A stretch of 64,000 nt of DNA, taken from NCBI GenBank assembly GCA_963668315.1, contig OY764216.1:320001-384000 (forward strand). Direction: 5' to 3'. Positions within the stretch are counted from its first letter, which is position 1. Each line of letters opens with the position of its first letter. The notes under the pieces are model-generated. The model made no database searches and was not told where the DNA came from. It saw only the letters and a program-made list of their open reading frames with translations. Both the position numbers and the translations under genes were made by a program. The DNA is from Spirochaetia bacterium. Lineage in GTDB: Bacteria; Spirochaetota; Spirochaetia; DSM-2461. This document shows, in pieces, positions 46,560-57,009 of this stretch.

Positions 46560-46644
46560 TTTTATTTTTTCCTCTTTAATTTTGGTATATATTATACTAT
46601 TATTAAACCTGATTATTAAGATAGAATAAAGTTCGGAGACATAC

Positions 46645-48126
46645 ATGCCAGCTGCTCAATTACACGAAAAAGTCAAGAAAGCGATAAGACTCTCTTTTCC
46701 TCTTACCATAACATCTTACAAGCTCCCCCGGGAGACGGAGGAGCAGCTGGAAGAAATACTGGGGATGTATCTGAGAGAATTGGGTCTTGAGGATTACAAG
46801 GATCCTCTGGCTTACTGCATGAAAGAGCTGGCGGTAAACGCGAAAAAAGCCAACACCAAGCGGGTCTATTTCGAAGAGAGAGATCTGGACATAGGCGACA
46901 AGATCGATTACCAGAGAGGGATGGTGGACTTCAAAGAGGAAACCCTGAGCAATCTGGACCACTACCTTACTCTACAGAAAGAGAAAGGGTACTATATCAA
47001 GTTTACCTTCACCGTCGCCGGCGGCATGTTCAAACTGACCATCAGGAATAATGTGGAAATCAACCGGACCGAGCAGATGAGAGTGTACGACAGAATCGCC
47101 CGGGCCCGGGCCTTCAACTCTCTGGAAGAGGCCTTCGCCGAAGTTCTCGACGATTCGGAAGGAGCCGGACTGGGTATCGTCATACTGGTCCTCATGCTCA
47201 AAAAGATGGGCTTTGACGAGGAAGCCTTCGAAATCGACGGAGAGGGGGGCGAAACCGTCGCTTCGCTGCTCATTCCTCTGACGGGCGAGCGCTACTCCGC
47301 TCTGGACACCATTGTTGACGAAATCGTCGGCGCCATAGACAAACTGCCCCAGTTCCCTGAAAACATAACGGAAGTGCAGCGCCTTATCAATGATCCCGAT
47401 TCTGAGATAGAAGATATCGCCCGTCGCATCAATTCCGACCCGGCTCTGGCGGCGGACCTTCTCAAAACCGTCAATTCCGCCCAGTTTATGCTGCCCAACA
47501 GGGTCAGCAATATTCCCGATGCGGTCATGCTCCTGGGATTCCGGGGAATAAAGAATATGCTCTACTCCTACGGAACGGAGAAAATCCTCAATATATCCGA
47601 TCATGAGAGCTATATGTGGGACCATGCCCACCGGGTGGGATTTTACGCCTACACCCTGGCCCGTAACATTACCAAGAAAAAAGATGTCATTGACGACGCC
47701 TACCTGGGAGGAATTCTCCACGACATAGGATTGATAGTCCTTCAGGGAATCCGTCCGGAGCTGATCGAGCATATCCGTGACTTCTCCGTGGAAAAAGGCC
47801 TTTCCGCCCAGCTACTGGAAGATATGGCCGCCGGATACAACCATTCGGAAGTGGGATCGCGGATCGCGGAAAAATGGAATTTTCCCCCCTCCCTGGTGGA
47901 TGCGATCAGATACCATCATGTTCCCCTCCAGTGCCGTTCACAGAACAAGGCCGTTGTCTACTGCATATACCTGGCGAACTGCCTGGCCAACATAGAGACG
48001 GGCTCCTACTCCTTTGAACAGCTGGAGAAAAAGATTCTGGATCTGTTCAAAATAAGCAATGAAAGCCGGTTTACCGAACTGCTGAATCGCCTGTCTGCCG
48101 ATTATGAAGCGGAAAGAAAACTCTAA
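46645..48126 (+). CDS. HDOD-domain protein with N-terminal HATPase-like region
   Basis: EL.VNA.KAN and GAGLG boxes. LP.FP, DP.L...LLK.VNS, LHDIG, H..VG..IA.KWNFP, YHH. Confidence 0.88.
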   Translation: MPAAQLHEKVKKAIRLSFPLTITSYKLPRETEEQLEEILGMYLRELGLEDYKDPLAYCMKELAVNAKKANTKRVYFEERDLDIGDKIDYQRGMVDFKEETLSNLDHYLTLQKEKGYYIKFTFTVAGGMFKLTIRNNVEINRTEQMRVYDRIARARAFNSLEEAFAEVLDDSEGAGLGIVILVLMLKKMGFDEEAFEIDGEGGETVASLLIPLTGERYSALDTIVDEIVGAIDKLPQFPENITEVQRLINDPDSEIEDIARRINSDPALAADLLKTVNSAQFMLPNRVSNIPDAVMLLGFRGIKNMLYSYGTEKILNISDHESYMWDHAHRVGFYAYTLARNITKKKDVIDDAYLGGILHDIGLIVLQGIRPELIEHIRDFSVEKGLSAQLLEDMAAGYNHSEVGSRIAEKWNFPPSLVDAIRYHHVPLQCRSQNKAVVYCIYLANCLANIETGSYSFEQLEKKILDLFKISNESRFTELLNRLSADYEAERKL

Positions 48127-48187
48127 AACTTATTCTTTCATGCCTCTTGGGTTTGAAAAAAAAACGGTTCTCCATTAAAGTTAATTT

Positions 48188-50758
48188 GTGAAACACTGGA
48201 AAAGTCATTTCCTGATCATTCTCCTCTTCTTCTCTTTCACTGTCTTCGGCCAGGAGACAGGGCCTGCGTCAGGAGTGCTGACCCTGGAAAGCGATGTTCT
48301 ATCTGAACCGGTGTCCCTGGCGGGCGAATGGGATTTCTATCCGGGAATACTCTCTTCCGAGCCCTGGGAAAGGGAAAGCCCCCTGAAGGTGACCCTCCCC
48401 GATAACTGGGATGAATACAACGGCAGTCACTTCGGTGCGGGAACCTACCGCCTGCATATTATTCTGCATCAGAAGCAGAACCTGATGGCTCTCTGGGTAC
48501 GGGAGAATGTCCAGGCCATGAGAATCAATATCGACGGAGAAAATATCTACGCCACCGGCAGAGTCAGCCCGGACGGCAAAGACGCCTACCCCGGGATGAA
48601 CGGGCGGCTGGCCATATTCCATCCACCGGCAAATGAATTTGACCTGACGATAGAAGTGTCCAACTGGCATCACAGACTCAGCGGCCTGAATATGCCCATC
48701 TTTCTGGGCACCTACGATGTTCTTTCCAGACATTTTGCCAAACTGGCCTCGCTGGATATATTCATCATGGGTATTGCCTTCTCCTTCTTCTTCCTCTATC
48801 TCTCTTTTTATATTAAAAGGCCGGAGAACAGGGTCACCCTCTGGTTCGCCCTCCTCTGCCTGTCCATGGGGATCCGCATCGGCCTGACCAATACATCCCA
48901 GCTTGAATCGTTCCTGGGAGAGGGCTGGGTGATCATCAGCAAGAAGACCGAATATCTGACTTTCCTGGGAGCCGTTTTCTTCTTCGTTTACTATATCGAA
49001 TCCCTCCTGACGAAATTCAAAGTAAGCTGGTTTGCCACCATCTTCATGATCCCTCTCTATTTCTACGCCCTGATTATTATCTTCACGCCCATGACGGTTT
49101 ACTCCTTTCTCCTGCCCTTTTTTCAGTTCTACTCGCTTATCTTCGTTTTTTACCTGATGTTTATACTCTTCAAGGCAAGGAAGAATCCCAGCGGCACGTC
49201 ATACCGTCTCTTCGGAGAGTGTCTCTTTATGATTGCCTGCCTCGTTTACGATGTTCTGTTCTATAACGGGTTCTTTAAAAGGGGTCCCATAGCCAGCTAT
49301 ACCCTATTCACGGTCATCTTTATGGAAGGCCTGTTCCAGGCGGGTTTTCTCTCAAAAATCCTGAACAGGCTGGAGATTCTCACGGAGAAATACCGCAGAA
49401 GCATAGAAGAGATAAGCCAGAGCCGGCTGGAGATTGAGCAGCAGAGCAAACAGCTGAACTGGCTCGCCCTTTACGATCAGCTCACCGGGCTGCCCAATCG
49501 GTATAACCTGACGGAAGTACTGAAGATAGGCATATCGCGGGCCGAAAGAAATAGAACCAAAATAGCCGTTCTCTATATGGACCTTGATAATTTCAAGGAT
49601 ATCAACGATTCGCTGGGCCATAACCGGGGCGATGAACTCCTGCGCCTTGTCTCCGAAAGATTCCAGAACAGCATCCGGAAGGTGGACTCCCTGTTTAGAA
49701 TGGGGGGAGATGAGTTCGCCCTGGTCTGTTCTGACCTGGCGGCCAAAGAGCAGGTGGAAAGCATTCAGGATAAGCTGATTAAGGCCCTTAAGGACCCCTT
49801 TCTCATCAAAGACCAGCCGCTGAAGATCTCCCTGAGCATAGGTGCCGCCTTCTTTCCCGACGACGGGGATAATATGGATATCCTCATAAAGAATGCCGAA
49901 CTGGCCATGTACCAGGCCAAGAATCATGGGAAAAACCATTTCGTCCCCTACAATGATAATATCCATAACAACAGACTCTCCCGCATCAATCTGGCGAATA
50001 AAATGAAGAGAGCCCTGGAAGTGGGCCACTACAAGCTCTACTATCAGGCCCAGATAGACGGCTCCACCGGCAAGCTCTACGGCTTTGAAGCGCTGATACG
50101 CTGGATCGATCCGGAAAACGGGATTGTCCCCCCCGACAAATTCATTCCCATCGCGGAAGAGAACGGCTTTATAGCCCAGATAGGCCGCTGGACTCTCCAG
50201 GAAGCCTGCCGCCAGATAAAGGAGTGGAGGGACAGGGGGTTCAGCGGCTTTACCGTGTCGGTGAATATTTCGGCCTACCAGTTCGGGCTGGACCATTTTA
50301 TCTTCGATTTCCGGGAGATTCTGGAGAAAAGCAAAATCGATCCCTCCTTCCTAAAAGTGGAACTGACGGAGACTCTGCTCATGGCCAACCCCCATCTGGC
50401 CCAGAGAAAGATGGAACAGCTTCAGGAGATGGGCGTGAATATCGCCCTGGACGACTTCGGAACGGGATACTCCAGCCTAAGCTATCTGAATATTTTCCCG
50501 GTGAACTACCTGAAAATTGACAAGGCCTTTATTCGGGATGTCCACAAAGACGGTTTTAACAAAAAGCTCACCACGAGCATCATTTCCCTGGCGAAAAACC
50601 TCGAGCTCGAACTTATCGCCGAAGGTGTGGAAACGGAAGAGGAGAAGAATTTTGTCGTGGAACAGGGCTGCCACATCATTCAGGGATATGTCTATTCCAA
50701 ACCGGTCCCGGCCCAGAGGGCTGAGCTCTTCTTCACCACAGCGGCCGCGATCTCCTGA
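48188..50758 (+). CDS. Membrane GGDEF-EAL protein (sensor + 7TM-DISM-like)
   Basis: L.GEW.FY sensor, ~7 TMs, YDQLTGLPNR, RMGGDEF, FEALIRW, DDFGTGYSSL, KIDKAF, AEGVE, QGY. Confidence 0.95.
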   Translation: MKHWKSHFLIILLFFSFTVFGQETGPASGVLTLESDVLSEPVSLAGEWDFYPGILSSEPWERESPLKVTLPDNWDEYNGSHFGAGTYRLHIILHQKQNLMALWVRENVQAMRINIDGENIYATGRVSPDGKDAYPGMNGRLAIFHPPANEFDLTIEVSNWHHRLSGLNMPIFLGTYDVLSRHFAKLASLDIFIMGIAFSFFFLYLSFYIKRPENRVTLWFALLCLSMGIRIGLTNTSQLESFLGEGWVIISKKTEYLTFLGAVFFFVYYIESLLTKFKVSWFATIFMIPLYFYALIIIFTPMTVYSFLLPFFQFYSLIFVFYLMFILFKARKNPSGTSYRLFGECLFMIACLVYDVLFYNGFFKRGPIASYTLFTVIFMEGLFQAGFLSKILNRLEILTEKYRRSIEEISQSRLEIEQQSKQLNWLALYDQLTGLPNRYNLTEVLKIGISRAERNRTKIAVLYMDLDNFKDINDSLGHNRGDELLRLVSERFQNSIRKVDSLFRMGGDEFALVCSDLAAKEQVESIQDKLIKALKDPFLIKDQPLKISLSIGAAFFPDDGDNMDILIKNAELAMYQAKNHGKNHFVPYNDNIHNNRLSRINLANKMKRALEVGHYKLYYQAQIDGSTGKLYGFEALIRWIDPENGIVPPDKFIPIAEENGFIAQIGRWTLQEACRQIKEWRDRGFSGFTVSVNISAYQFGLDHFIFDFREILEKSKIDPSFLKVELTETLLMANPHLAQRKMEQLQEMGVNIALDDFGTGYSSLSYLNIFPVNYLKIDKAFIRDVHKDGFNKKLTTSIISLAKNLELELIAEGVETEEEKNFVVEQGCHIIQGYVYSKPVPAQRAELFFTTAAAIS

Positions 50759-50842
50759 TCGGACATAATCCATCGGGGCAAAAGGGGCCCATGCGATTGA
50801 CAAGTCTTCCTTTTTCCGGGAGAATAGATTGTCTACGCCCCT

Positions 50843-53800
50843 ATGGATATGAAGACACTTTACCTGCCCGAAATCGATACATTAAGTAAACCGGATAACC
50901 TGGATGAACTCAAAACACTTCTTTCCCAGAACAGATTATACAATCTGAAGAGCGGAGAGAACCGTCATTCGGCCTACATCCTGCCCCCCCGCAAACCTCT
51001 TCCTCTCCATATTACATCGGATTTTCACAGCAATAGAATAGAATGGGACTGCGAATGCGGCAGCGAATCCCCCTGCGAACACTGGTGGATGCTGATTCTC
51101 AGACTGCACGGAGAGGGAAAACTCGCCGACGAGGACGCCGGACGGCTGATCGAGGATAAACTTGAGGACAAACCGTCCCGGGAGCAGGAGAACGATCTCT
51201 TCGAAGGACTGTCGCTGTTCTCCGGCATGGATCTCTTTTCCCGGGAGGAAGAGAAGGACAGCTACCATCTGCTGTTTCAGCTGTACGAAGATTCCGAGGA
51301 CGGCGTTCTTCTCATAAGGCCGGTTCTCTGCCATCTCCTCCCCGACGGCCGGGAGGGCAATATCTCTCCCTGGAAAAGGGATAAACTGACCCGGCCCCTG
51401 TCTGAACAGGAAGAGGCCCTCGTCTATCGTCTTACCAAGGAAGCAGATGACGGGCTGGGTGTTCCGGCACGGGATATCATGGACGACTGGGAGAATATTC
51501 CCCTCTGCTTCGGGACAAGGGGCGTTCCTGTCAAACCCGTCAAATTCGATAATCTCACCATCACATTCAAGCTGAATAACTATATTCCCGACCGGGGTGT
51601 CATCTTTCTGCCCCTATTTACGCTGCGCCAGGGAACCCGCAATGTGACGTCTCCCCTTTCCCGGGAAAAACTGGAGATTTCCGGCGGAGCCATTCTTCAT
51701 CTTTCCGAAAACCGGCAGAATCTCTTCTATTTTCCCGAGCAGAAGGAGAGTTCCTACTTCATCAAACTCCTCCTCTCCCGGACGGGCGGTTTTCTCGAAA
51801 AGGACCTGAAAGGGCTCAACGCCATGGCTGCGAAACTGGGAATTAACTCCATAGCACTGGACCTGGATCATCTGTCCACCGAAATCCGGGAAGAGGCCCC
51901 CAAGCCCATTCTTAAGATCCGGAACCGGTCGGACAGAACGGAAATCTTTTTCTACTTCCGTTACGGCGATCAGGAACTCCCCTCACAGATGCTTGAGAAC
52001 TACAAAACGGTTCAAACCGCCGACAACATCATTATATACCGGAGAAACAGAACGGCCGAGAAGGAGTTCCTTACCATCCTCACCAATATCCTTGAAGGGG
52101 AGCTGCAATACGAGCGGGGTTATTATTCCGGTTTTATGGCGGGAGAGGAGTCGGAGGACCTTCGTCTGAGTATCGATGTGCCCGCTTTTCTGACCTGGTA
52201 CGGAGCGGAACTGAAGAACGCCGGCGCGGAAGTGCAGCTGGAAAACCGCCCCGTCACCCTGGGCGGCTCCCTCTCTTTCCAGATAAAAAGGGAAAGCGAC
52301 CTCCTCAAAGTGAATGCCGAGGTCACAATTGACGATGAAACGGCCCAGATCATGCTTGACGAGTATTACTCCGAAATGGGTCTGATCAGAGCGGGAAACA
52401 ACTATGTCGTCCTGGACGAAGACGCTATGGAACAGCTGGATAAGCTCCGCAGGCAGGGGCTGAACGAAGAGGGAGACCTGGAAACGTCCCTCTCCAATAT
52501 TCCCGTGCTGGAAACCCTCTCCCAGGCCACAGGCCATGAAGAGAGGCTGATAGAGGAGAATTTGAGTACCCTCCGCAGTCTGGAAAGCGTCAGCACCATA
52601 GAGGACACCCCCCTTCCCCTGCGCTTTAAAACGGAATTGCGCCATTACCAGGTCCACGGCTACAACTGGCTCAACTTCCTCCATAACTACGGTCTGAACG
52701 GCTGCCTCGCCGATGACATGGGACTGGGGAAGACCATACAGACCCTTGCTTTTCTGCAAGGCCTCAAGGAGAAGGGCGAACTGGGCACCTCCCTCCTCAT
52801 CACTCCCGTGGTCACCCTGCCTAACTGGGAGGGGGAAATAAGCAAATTCGCCCCGGAAATAGAGTACACACGCCATTCAGGACGCAACCGGGCCGATCAC
52901 TCCGATTATTTCAAAGGACTGGACCTGGTCATCGTAAGCTACCAGACCATCCGCTACGACATAGAGCTCTTCCTGGACAGGGAGTACGATTACGTGATCC
53001 TCGACGAAGGCCACTATATCAAGAACGCCACATCCCAGACCTTCAAGTCTATCTCCCGCCTTAAGAGCCGCCACCGGCTCTCCCTGACCGGTACGCCCAT
53101 AGAGAACAACACCTCCGAACTCTGGTCGCAGATGACCTTTCTGAATCCGGGACTTCTGGGCACCATGAGGGAGTTTCAGGAAAGGTTCGCCATCCCCATA
53201 GAAAAACAACACGATGAGGATGCGGCCGTACTGCTGAGAAAGACCGTTTTCCCCTTCATTCTCCGCCGTAAAAAGGAAGAAGTCGCCACCGATCTGCCCC
53301 CCCGGGAGGAGATACTCCACTATCTGGATATGTCCTCCGAGCAGGAAGAGGTCTATAATCGCCAGAAAGACTTTTACCGGGCCCTTGTCGACGGCCTTCT
53401 GGAGCGGGAAGGGCTTAATAAGGCCTCCATCGAGATCTTCTCCTACATACTTAAAATGAGACAGCTTGCCATTCACCCCCCCATGATGGGCGAGGATTAC
53501 AAGCACATACCCTCCTGCAAGATGGATTCCCTTATCAACCTGCTGGACAAGCTCAAGGGTGAGGATCACAAGGTCCTCATCTTCTCCCAGTTCCTGGGGA
53601 CCCTGGAGTACCTGAGAAGGCTGTGCGAAAGCAGGAACTGGCTCTATTCGCATATTACGGGAGAAACGGAGGACCGGCGTGTAGAGATAGACCGTTTCCA
53701 GAACAATCCGGATGTGCGCATCTTCCTCTTAAGTCTCAAGGCGGGAGGAATCGGCATTAACTTGACAGCCGCGGACTACGTTATCCTCTTCGACCCCTGG

Positions 53801-54019
53801 TGGAATCCCGCGGTGGAACAGCAGGCGGTGGACAGGGCCTACCGCATAGGTCAAACCAGAAAGGTCATAACCTACAAGTTCATAACGCGCAACACCATAG
53901 AAGAGAAAATCCTGGCCATGCAGGAAGAGAAGAAAGACCTGGCCGATAAGATCATTACCGAAGAGCAGGGCTTTGTGAAAAACCTCACCGGACGGGAGAT
54001 TCTGGATCTGTTCCTATGA
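50843..54019 (+). CDS. SNF2-family helicase with SWIM zinc finger
   Basis: CEC.....CEH, LRHYQ, LADDMGLGKT, LDEGH, LTGTPIEN, QAVDRAYRIGQ. Confidence 0.95.
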   Translation: MDMKTLYLPEIDTLSKPDNLDELKTLLSQNRLYNLKSGENRHSAYILPPRKPLPLHITSDFHSNRIEWDCECGSESPCEHWWMLILRLHGEGKLADEDAGRLIEDKLEDKPSREQENDLFEGLSLFSGMDLFSREEEKDSYHLLFQLYEDSEDGVLLIRPVLCHLLPDGREGNISPWKRDKLTRPLSEQEEALVYRLTKEADDGLGVPARDIMDDWENIPLCFGTRGVPVKPVKFDNLTITFKLNNYIPDRGVIFLPLFTLRQGTRNVTSPLSREKLEISGGAILHLSENRQNLFYFPEQKESSYFIKLLLSRTGGFLEKDLKGLNAMAAKLGINSIALDLDHLSTEIREEAPKPILKIRNRSDRTEIFFYFRYGDQELPSQMLENYKTVQTADNIIIYRRNRTAEKEFLTILTNILEGELQYERGYYSGFMAGEESEDLRLSIDVPAFLTWYGAELKNAGAEVQLENRPVTLGGSLSFQIKRESDLLKVNAEVTIDDETAQIMLDEYYSEMGLIRAGNNYVVLDEDAMEQLDKLRRQGLNEEGDLETSLSNIPVLETLSQATGHEERLIEENLSTLRSLESVSTIEDTPLPLRFKTELRHYQVHGYNWLNFLHNYGLNGCLADDMGLGKTIQTLAFLQGLKEKGELGTSLLITPVVTLPNWEGEISKFAPEIEYTRHSGRNRADHSDYFKGLDLVIVSYQTIRYDIELFLDREYDYVILDEGHYIKNATSQTFKSISRLKSRHRLSLTGTPIENNTSELWSQMTFLNPGLLGTMREFQERFAIPIEKQHDEDAAVLLRKTVFPFILRRKKEEVATDLPPREEILHYLDMSSEQEEVYNRQKDFYRALVDGLLEREGLNKASIEIFSYILKMRQLAIHPPMMGEDYKHIPSCKMDSLINLLDKLKGEDHKVLIFSQFLGTLEYLRRLCESRNWLYSHITGETEDRRVEIDRFQNNPDVRIFLLSLKAGGIGINLTAADYVILFDPWWNPAVEQQAVDRAYRIGQTRKVITYKFITRNTIEEKILAMQEEKKDLADKIITEEQGFVKNLTGREILDLFL

Positions 54020-55810
54020 CAAAGCCTTTTTCTCAACGATGGTGAAGTAACCGACACTGTTATGGATCTCTTCGATATTCTCCACGACGCCCCGGACGCG
54101 ATCAAAAATAGAGGATACGCTCAGCTGAACATCACGTGTACCGACCCCGATCTCTTCGACAGCCTGCTGTACCTGGGCGGAGATTCCTTCGGTATTGAGA
54201 ACATGCCTTTCCACGTCCTTACTGACCTTCTTCATGTTGTCCGTCGCATCTCCGACCCTGGAACTGACTTCGGACAGATGCGTCACAACCAGGGATAGTT
54301 CAGAAGTTCCCGCGCTCATCTCTTCCATCTTCTTATTGATCTCTGTGAAAGTTGTCAGAACATTGGCCACCTCAGAGCCAATGGCATTGAAAGCGTCGGT
54401 CGCCTGGGCGGTCTCCTCTTCCATTGATTGGATCTGCTTTACAGCCTGATTGATGATATCCCTGATGAGGACGGCATTTTTATTCGTATCTTCCGCCAGT
54501 TTACGCATCTCATCGGCCACAACCGCAAATCCCCCTCCCTGCTGACCGGCATGGGCCGCCTCGATGGCCGCATTCATGGAAAGCAGAGAGGATTTACCGC
54601 TTACCGCAGAAATCAGCTTGGTTATGGAATTCATATACTCAATATATTCGCCGAGTTTCTCGGCTGTCCCGGCAGAGGCAGCCAATTTATCCCGGCCCGT
54701 TTCAAATACCTCTTCCAGCACCTTGGCCGATTCACTTCTGGAATGGGTGGTCCTTGTGACAATATCTATCGAATGGAGCATCTTATCAACCGACGCGGAA
54801 GACTGTGTCACGGCGCTGATCTGCTGTGAGACATGACCGTCCAGGGTATCGGCGGTGGTGGAAATTTCCTGAGCGGAAACGGTAAGCTCCTTGATCATAT
54901 CCTCTAGCGAAACCGTCTGGGAACGTATCGAATCCAGATTGGCCCCAATCTCTGTTAAGGCGGCCTGAGTCTCTTCCGTGGCTTCCGTCAGCCCCTCCTG
55001 GACCTGCTCGCTGTTGCTGGAGATCTCCTCGGAAACATTCAGTATTTTGCTGATTACCGCGCTGAGGGATTCAATAAGGTGATTGATGGCGGAACTGAGG
55101 TACTCTATCTCGATAAACCGGGAATCGGGAAGGGAATGATCCAGATTCCCGTCGGCGACCGAAAGGGCGATAGAACTGAGCCCCTCGATAGGACGGGACA
55201 GCAATGATGTGGAGAACAGGGCAAAAAGAGTTGAAAGGACAACAGATACGGAGATGGCAATGAGAGAGATTCTGTTTATCAGCTGCAGATCCCTGTGGAT
55301 TTCAAAGGAACTGAGGGAGACCAGATCCGAAGCGGCGGAGCGCATATCTTCTACGAGTTCCGATGCCTCCTCGGCCAGAGCCCCGAAATCCTCCAGGAGA
55401 TAATACCCTTCATCCATATCGCCCGTGCCGAACAGGTCGGCCATATCAAGGCCCGCCTCATACATCTCACCGGTAAGACTTAACAGTTCATCCAATTCTG
55501 TAATCTGCTCATCGCTGGACTGTTGTTTCAGACTTTGAATAAACTGGCGGATATCGCTGTAAATCTGATCTGCCCTGTCGATCCCGAAGGAATCGCCCGT
55601 CAGGGCGGAATCCAGCAGCCAACGCTGGATGGTTATGAGAGAAACCGCAATTTCTTCGAGCCGCCGTGCCCGGGGCAATTTCTCGCTCTGGATGGATTCT
55701 GTAATAATTATGCTTTTCTGATTGAACAGGACGGTAAATATGGCGCTAGAGGAAAAAAGTATGATTATAACAGCCGAAGACAAGAGAAGCCTGTTTCTTA
55801 TTTTTGTCAA
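54014..55810 (-). CDS. Methyl-accepting chemotaxis protein
   Basis: Two TMs, HAMP, LLSMNAAIEAAHAG..G.GFAVVADEMRKLAE. Confidence 0.95.
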   Translation of the reverse strand: MTKIRNRLLLSSAVIIILFSSSAIFTVLFNQKSIIITESIQSEKLPRARRLEEIAVSLITIQRWLLDSALTGDSFGIDRADQIYSDIRQFIQSLKQQSSDEQITELDELLSLTGEMYEAGLDMADLFGTGDMDEGYYLLEDFGALAEEASELVEDMRSAASDLVSLSSFEIHRDLQLINRISLIAISVSVVLSTLFALFSTSLLSRPIEGLSSIALSVADGNLDHSLPDSRFIEIEYLSSAINHLIESLSAVISKILNVSEEISSNSEQVQEGLTEATEETQAALTEIGANLDSIRSQTVSLEDMIKELTVSAQEISTTADTLDGHVSQQISAVTQSSASVDKMLHSIDIVTRTTHSRSESAKVLEEVFETGRDKLAASAGTAEKLGEYIEYMNSITKLISAVSGKSSLLSMNAAIEAAHAGQQGGGFAVVADEMRKLAEDTNKNAVLIRDIINQAVKQIQSMEEETAQATDAFNAIGSEVANVLTTFTEINKKMEEMSAGTSELSLVVTHLSEVSSRVGDATDNMKKVSKDVERHVLNTEGISAQVQQAVEEIGVGTRDVQLSVSSIFDRVRGVVENIEEIHNSVGYFTIVEKKALS

Positions 55811-55834
55811 TTTGGATCTCCGTTTTTACTGATT

Positions 55835-56515
55835 TCAGCCAGTGATGAGATCGGAAAGATTTCCGATCAGGTCCTGCAGCTCCTGAACGGAACTCACAAC
55901 CTTGCCTGCGTTCTCCCTTTTAATGGCACTCTCCAGCTCTTCCATGGCGTCATCAATCTCTTCGGACAGGGGATCTATACCGCTGACGGATGAGTAGTTC
56001 TCAAATATTTCCTCCCAGAACTCCTCAATCTCTTCCAGTTCATCCTCGGCACCTTCCCACTCACCCTCTTCGAGTACCTCTTCCTTCAACTCATCCAGCT
56101 GTCTATCGATAAAATCAAGCAGCGGAGGAGTCCGGTAGCTAAAGGCATCCATTATCCTGAAGAGAGCCATGGAAAGTTCAATTCTCCTCTCTTCAAAGTC
56201 CTCACTGTCCGGTTTGTTCTGCCGGAGATCGGACGCATAATCGGAAAGATCAGCCTGCAGTCCGGACAGCAGTCCGCTCACTCCGGCGGCATTCAGCTCA
56301 CCGGCAATACTTTCCAGCCCGTCCTGCATTTTCTCAATGCTTTCAAGGGCTTCATCAAACTCACCCTCATCATGGGATTCCTCAAGAATCCGGATGTTCT
56401 CCGAAATGTATCTGAGATTACGGGGAGGCCTTGGTTTTGAGCCCGACTGGGCCGTAATTCCAGAGGCGGACAACAGAAAAATCGAAAGAATTACTATTAA
56501 TTTACTGGTGTTCAT
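55835..56515 (-). CDS. Hypothetical exported acidic helical protein
   Basis: Signal peptide. Lies 24 bp upstream of the MCP gene on the same strand. Confidence 0.7.
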   Translation of the reverse strand: MNTSKLIVILSIFLLSASGITAQSGSKPRPPRNLRYISENIRILEESHDEGEFDEALESIEKMQDGLESIAGELNAAGVSGLLSGLQADLSDYASDLRQNKPDSEDFEERRIELSMALFRIMDAFSYRTPPLLDFIDRQLDELKEEVLEEGEWEGAEDELEEIEEFWEEIFENYSSVSGIDPLSEEIDDAMEELESAIKRENAGKVVSSVQELQDLIGNLSDLITG

Positions 56516-56599
56516 AAATTCATTCTAATTCATCAATAAACCAGTTTTCAAGAAAATAGATGAAATATTTTCATTAACTTACTGTCAATGAATAATTTA

Positions 56600-56989
56600 T
56601 CAGGGACGGCAATCGTTTAATAGTATTTCCAGCGCCCCGATGGACATGCTGACTTCCTTGATGGAGAGGCCGAGGGAGACCAGAAGACAGACCAGACTGA
56701 CGGCGAAGGTAATCTCTCCTAAGGTTACCAGATGAAGAAAAATCAGCAGCATCGTGGCTACACAGAGGAAAAAGGCAACGACACCGAAGATCTGCATATT
56801 GCGGATAAGATAAATACGGGAGCGCAGGTTCTTTATCTGAAGGCTCAGACCGTCATCCTCCCCTTCTCCCCCCTTCCTGTGCAGATCCCGTATTAGTCCG
56901 GCTATGGTCAGATAGCGGTTAGTGTAGGCAAGGAGCAGAAGGGATATGGCAGGAAAAAGCAAAGCCGGCGTTGTCAGTGTAAAATCCAT
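56600..56989 (-). CDS. DUF2721-like small membrane protein
   Basis: TPALLFPAISLLLLAYTNR..., QI..LR.R..LI..MQ, three TMs. Confidence 0.8.
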   Translation of the reverse strand: MDFTLTTPALLFPAISLLLLAYTNRYLTIAGLIRDLHRKGGEGEDDGLSLQIKNLRSRIYLIRNMQIFGVVAFFLCVATMLLIFLHLVTLGEITFAVSLVCLLVSLGLSIKEVSMSIGALEILLNDCRP

Positions 56990-57009
56990 AGGTTCCTCCC
57001 CTGTGCCAT

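Noticed and set aside
31880..54019. Defence island (WYL, CPBP/Abi protease, SNF2 helicase)
   Set aside because: The genes are scattered among housekeeping loci, are ordinary YafY, CAAX-protease and SWIM-SNF2 types, and have no nuclease or methylase partners.
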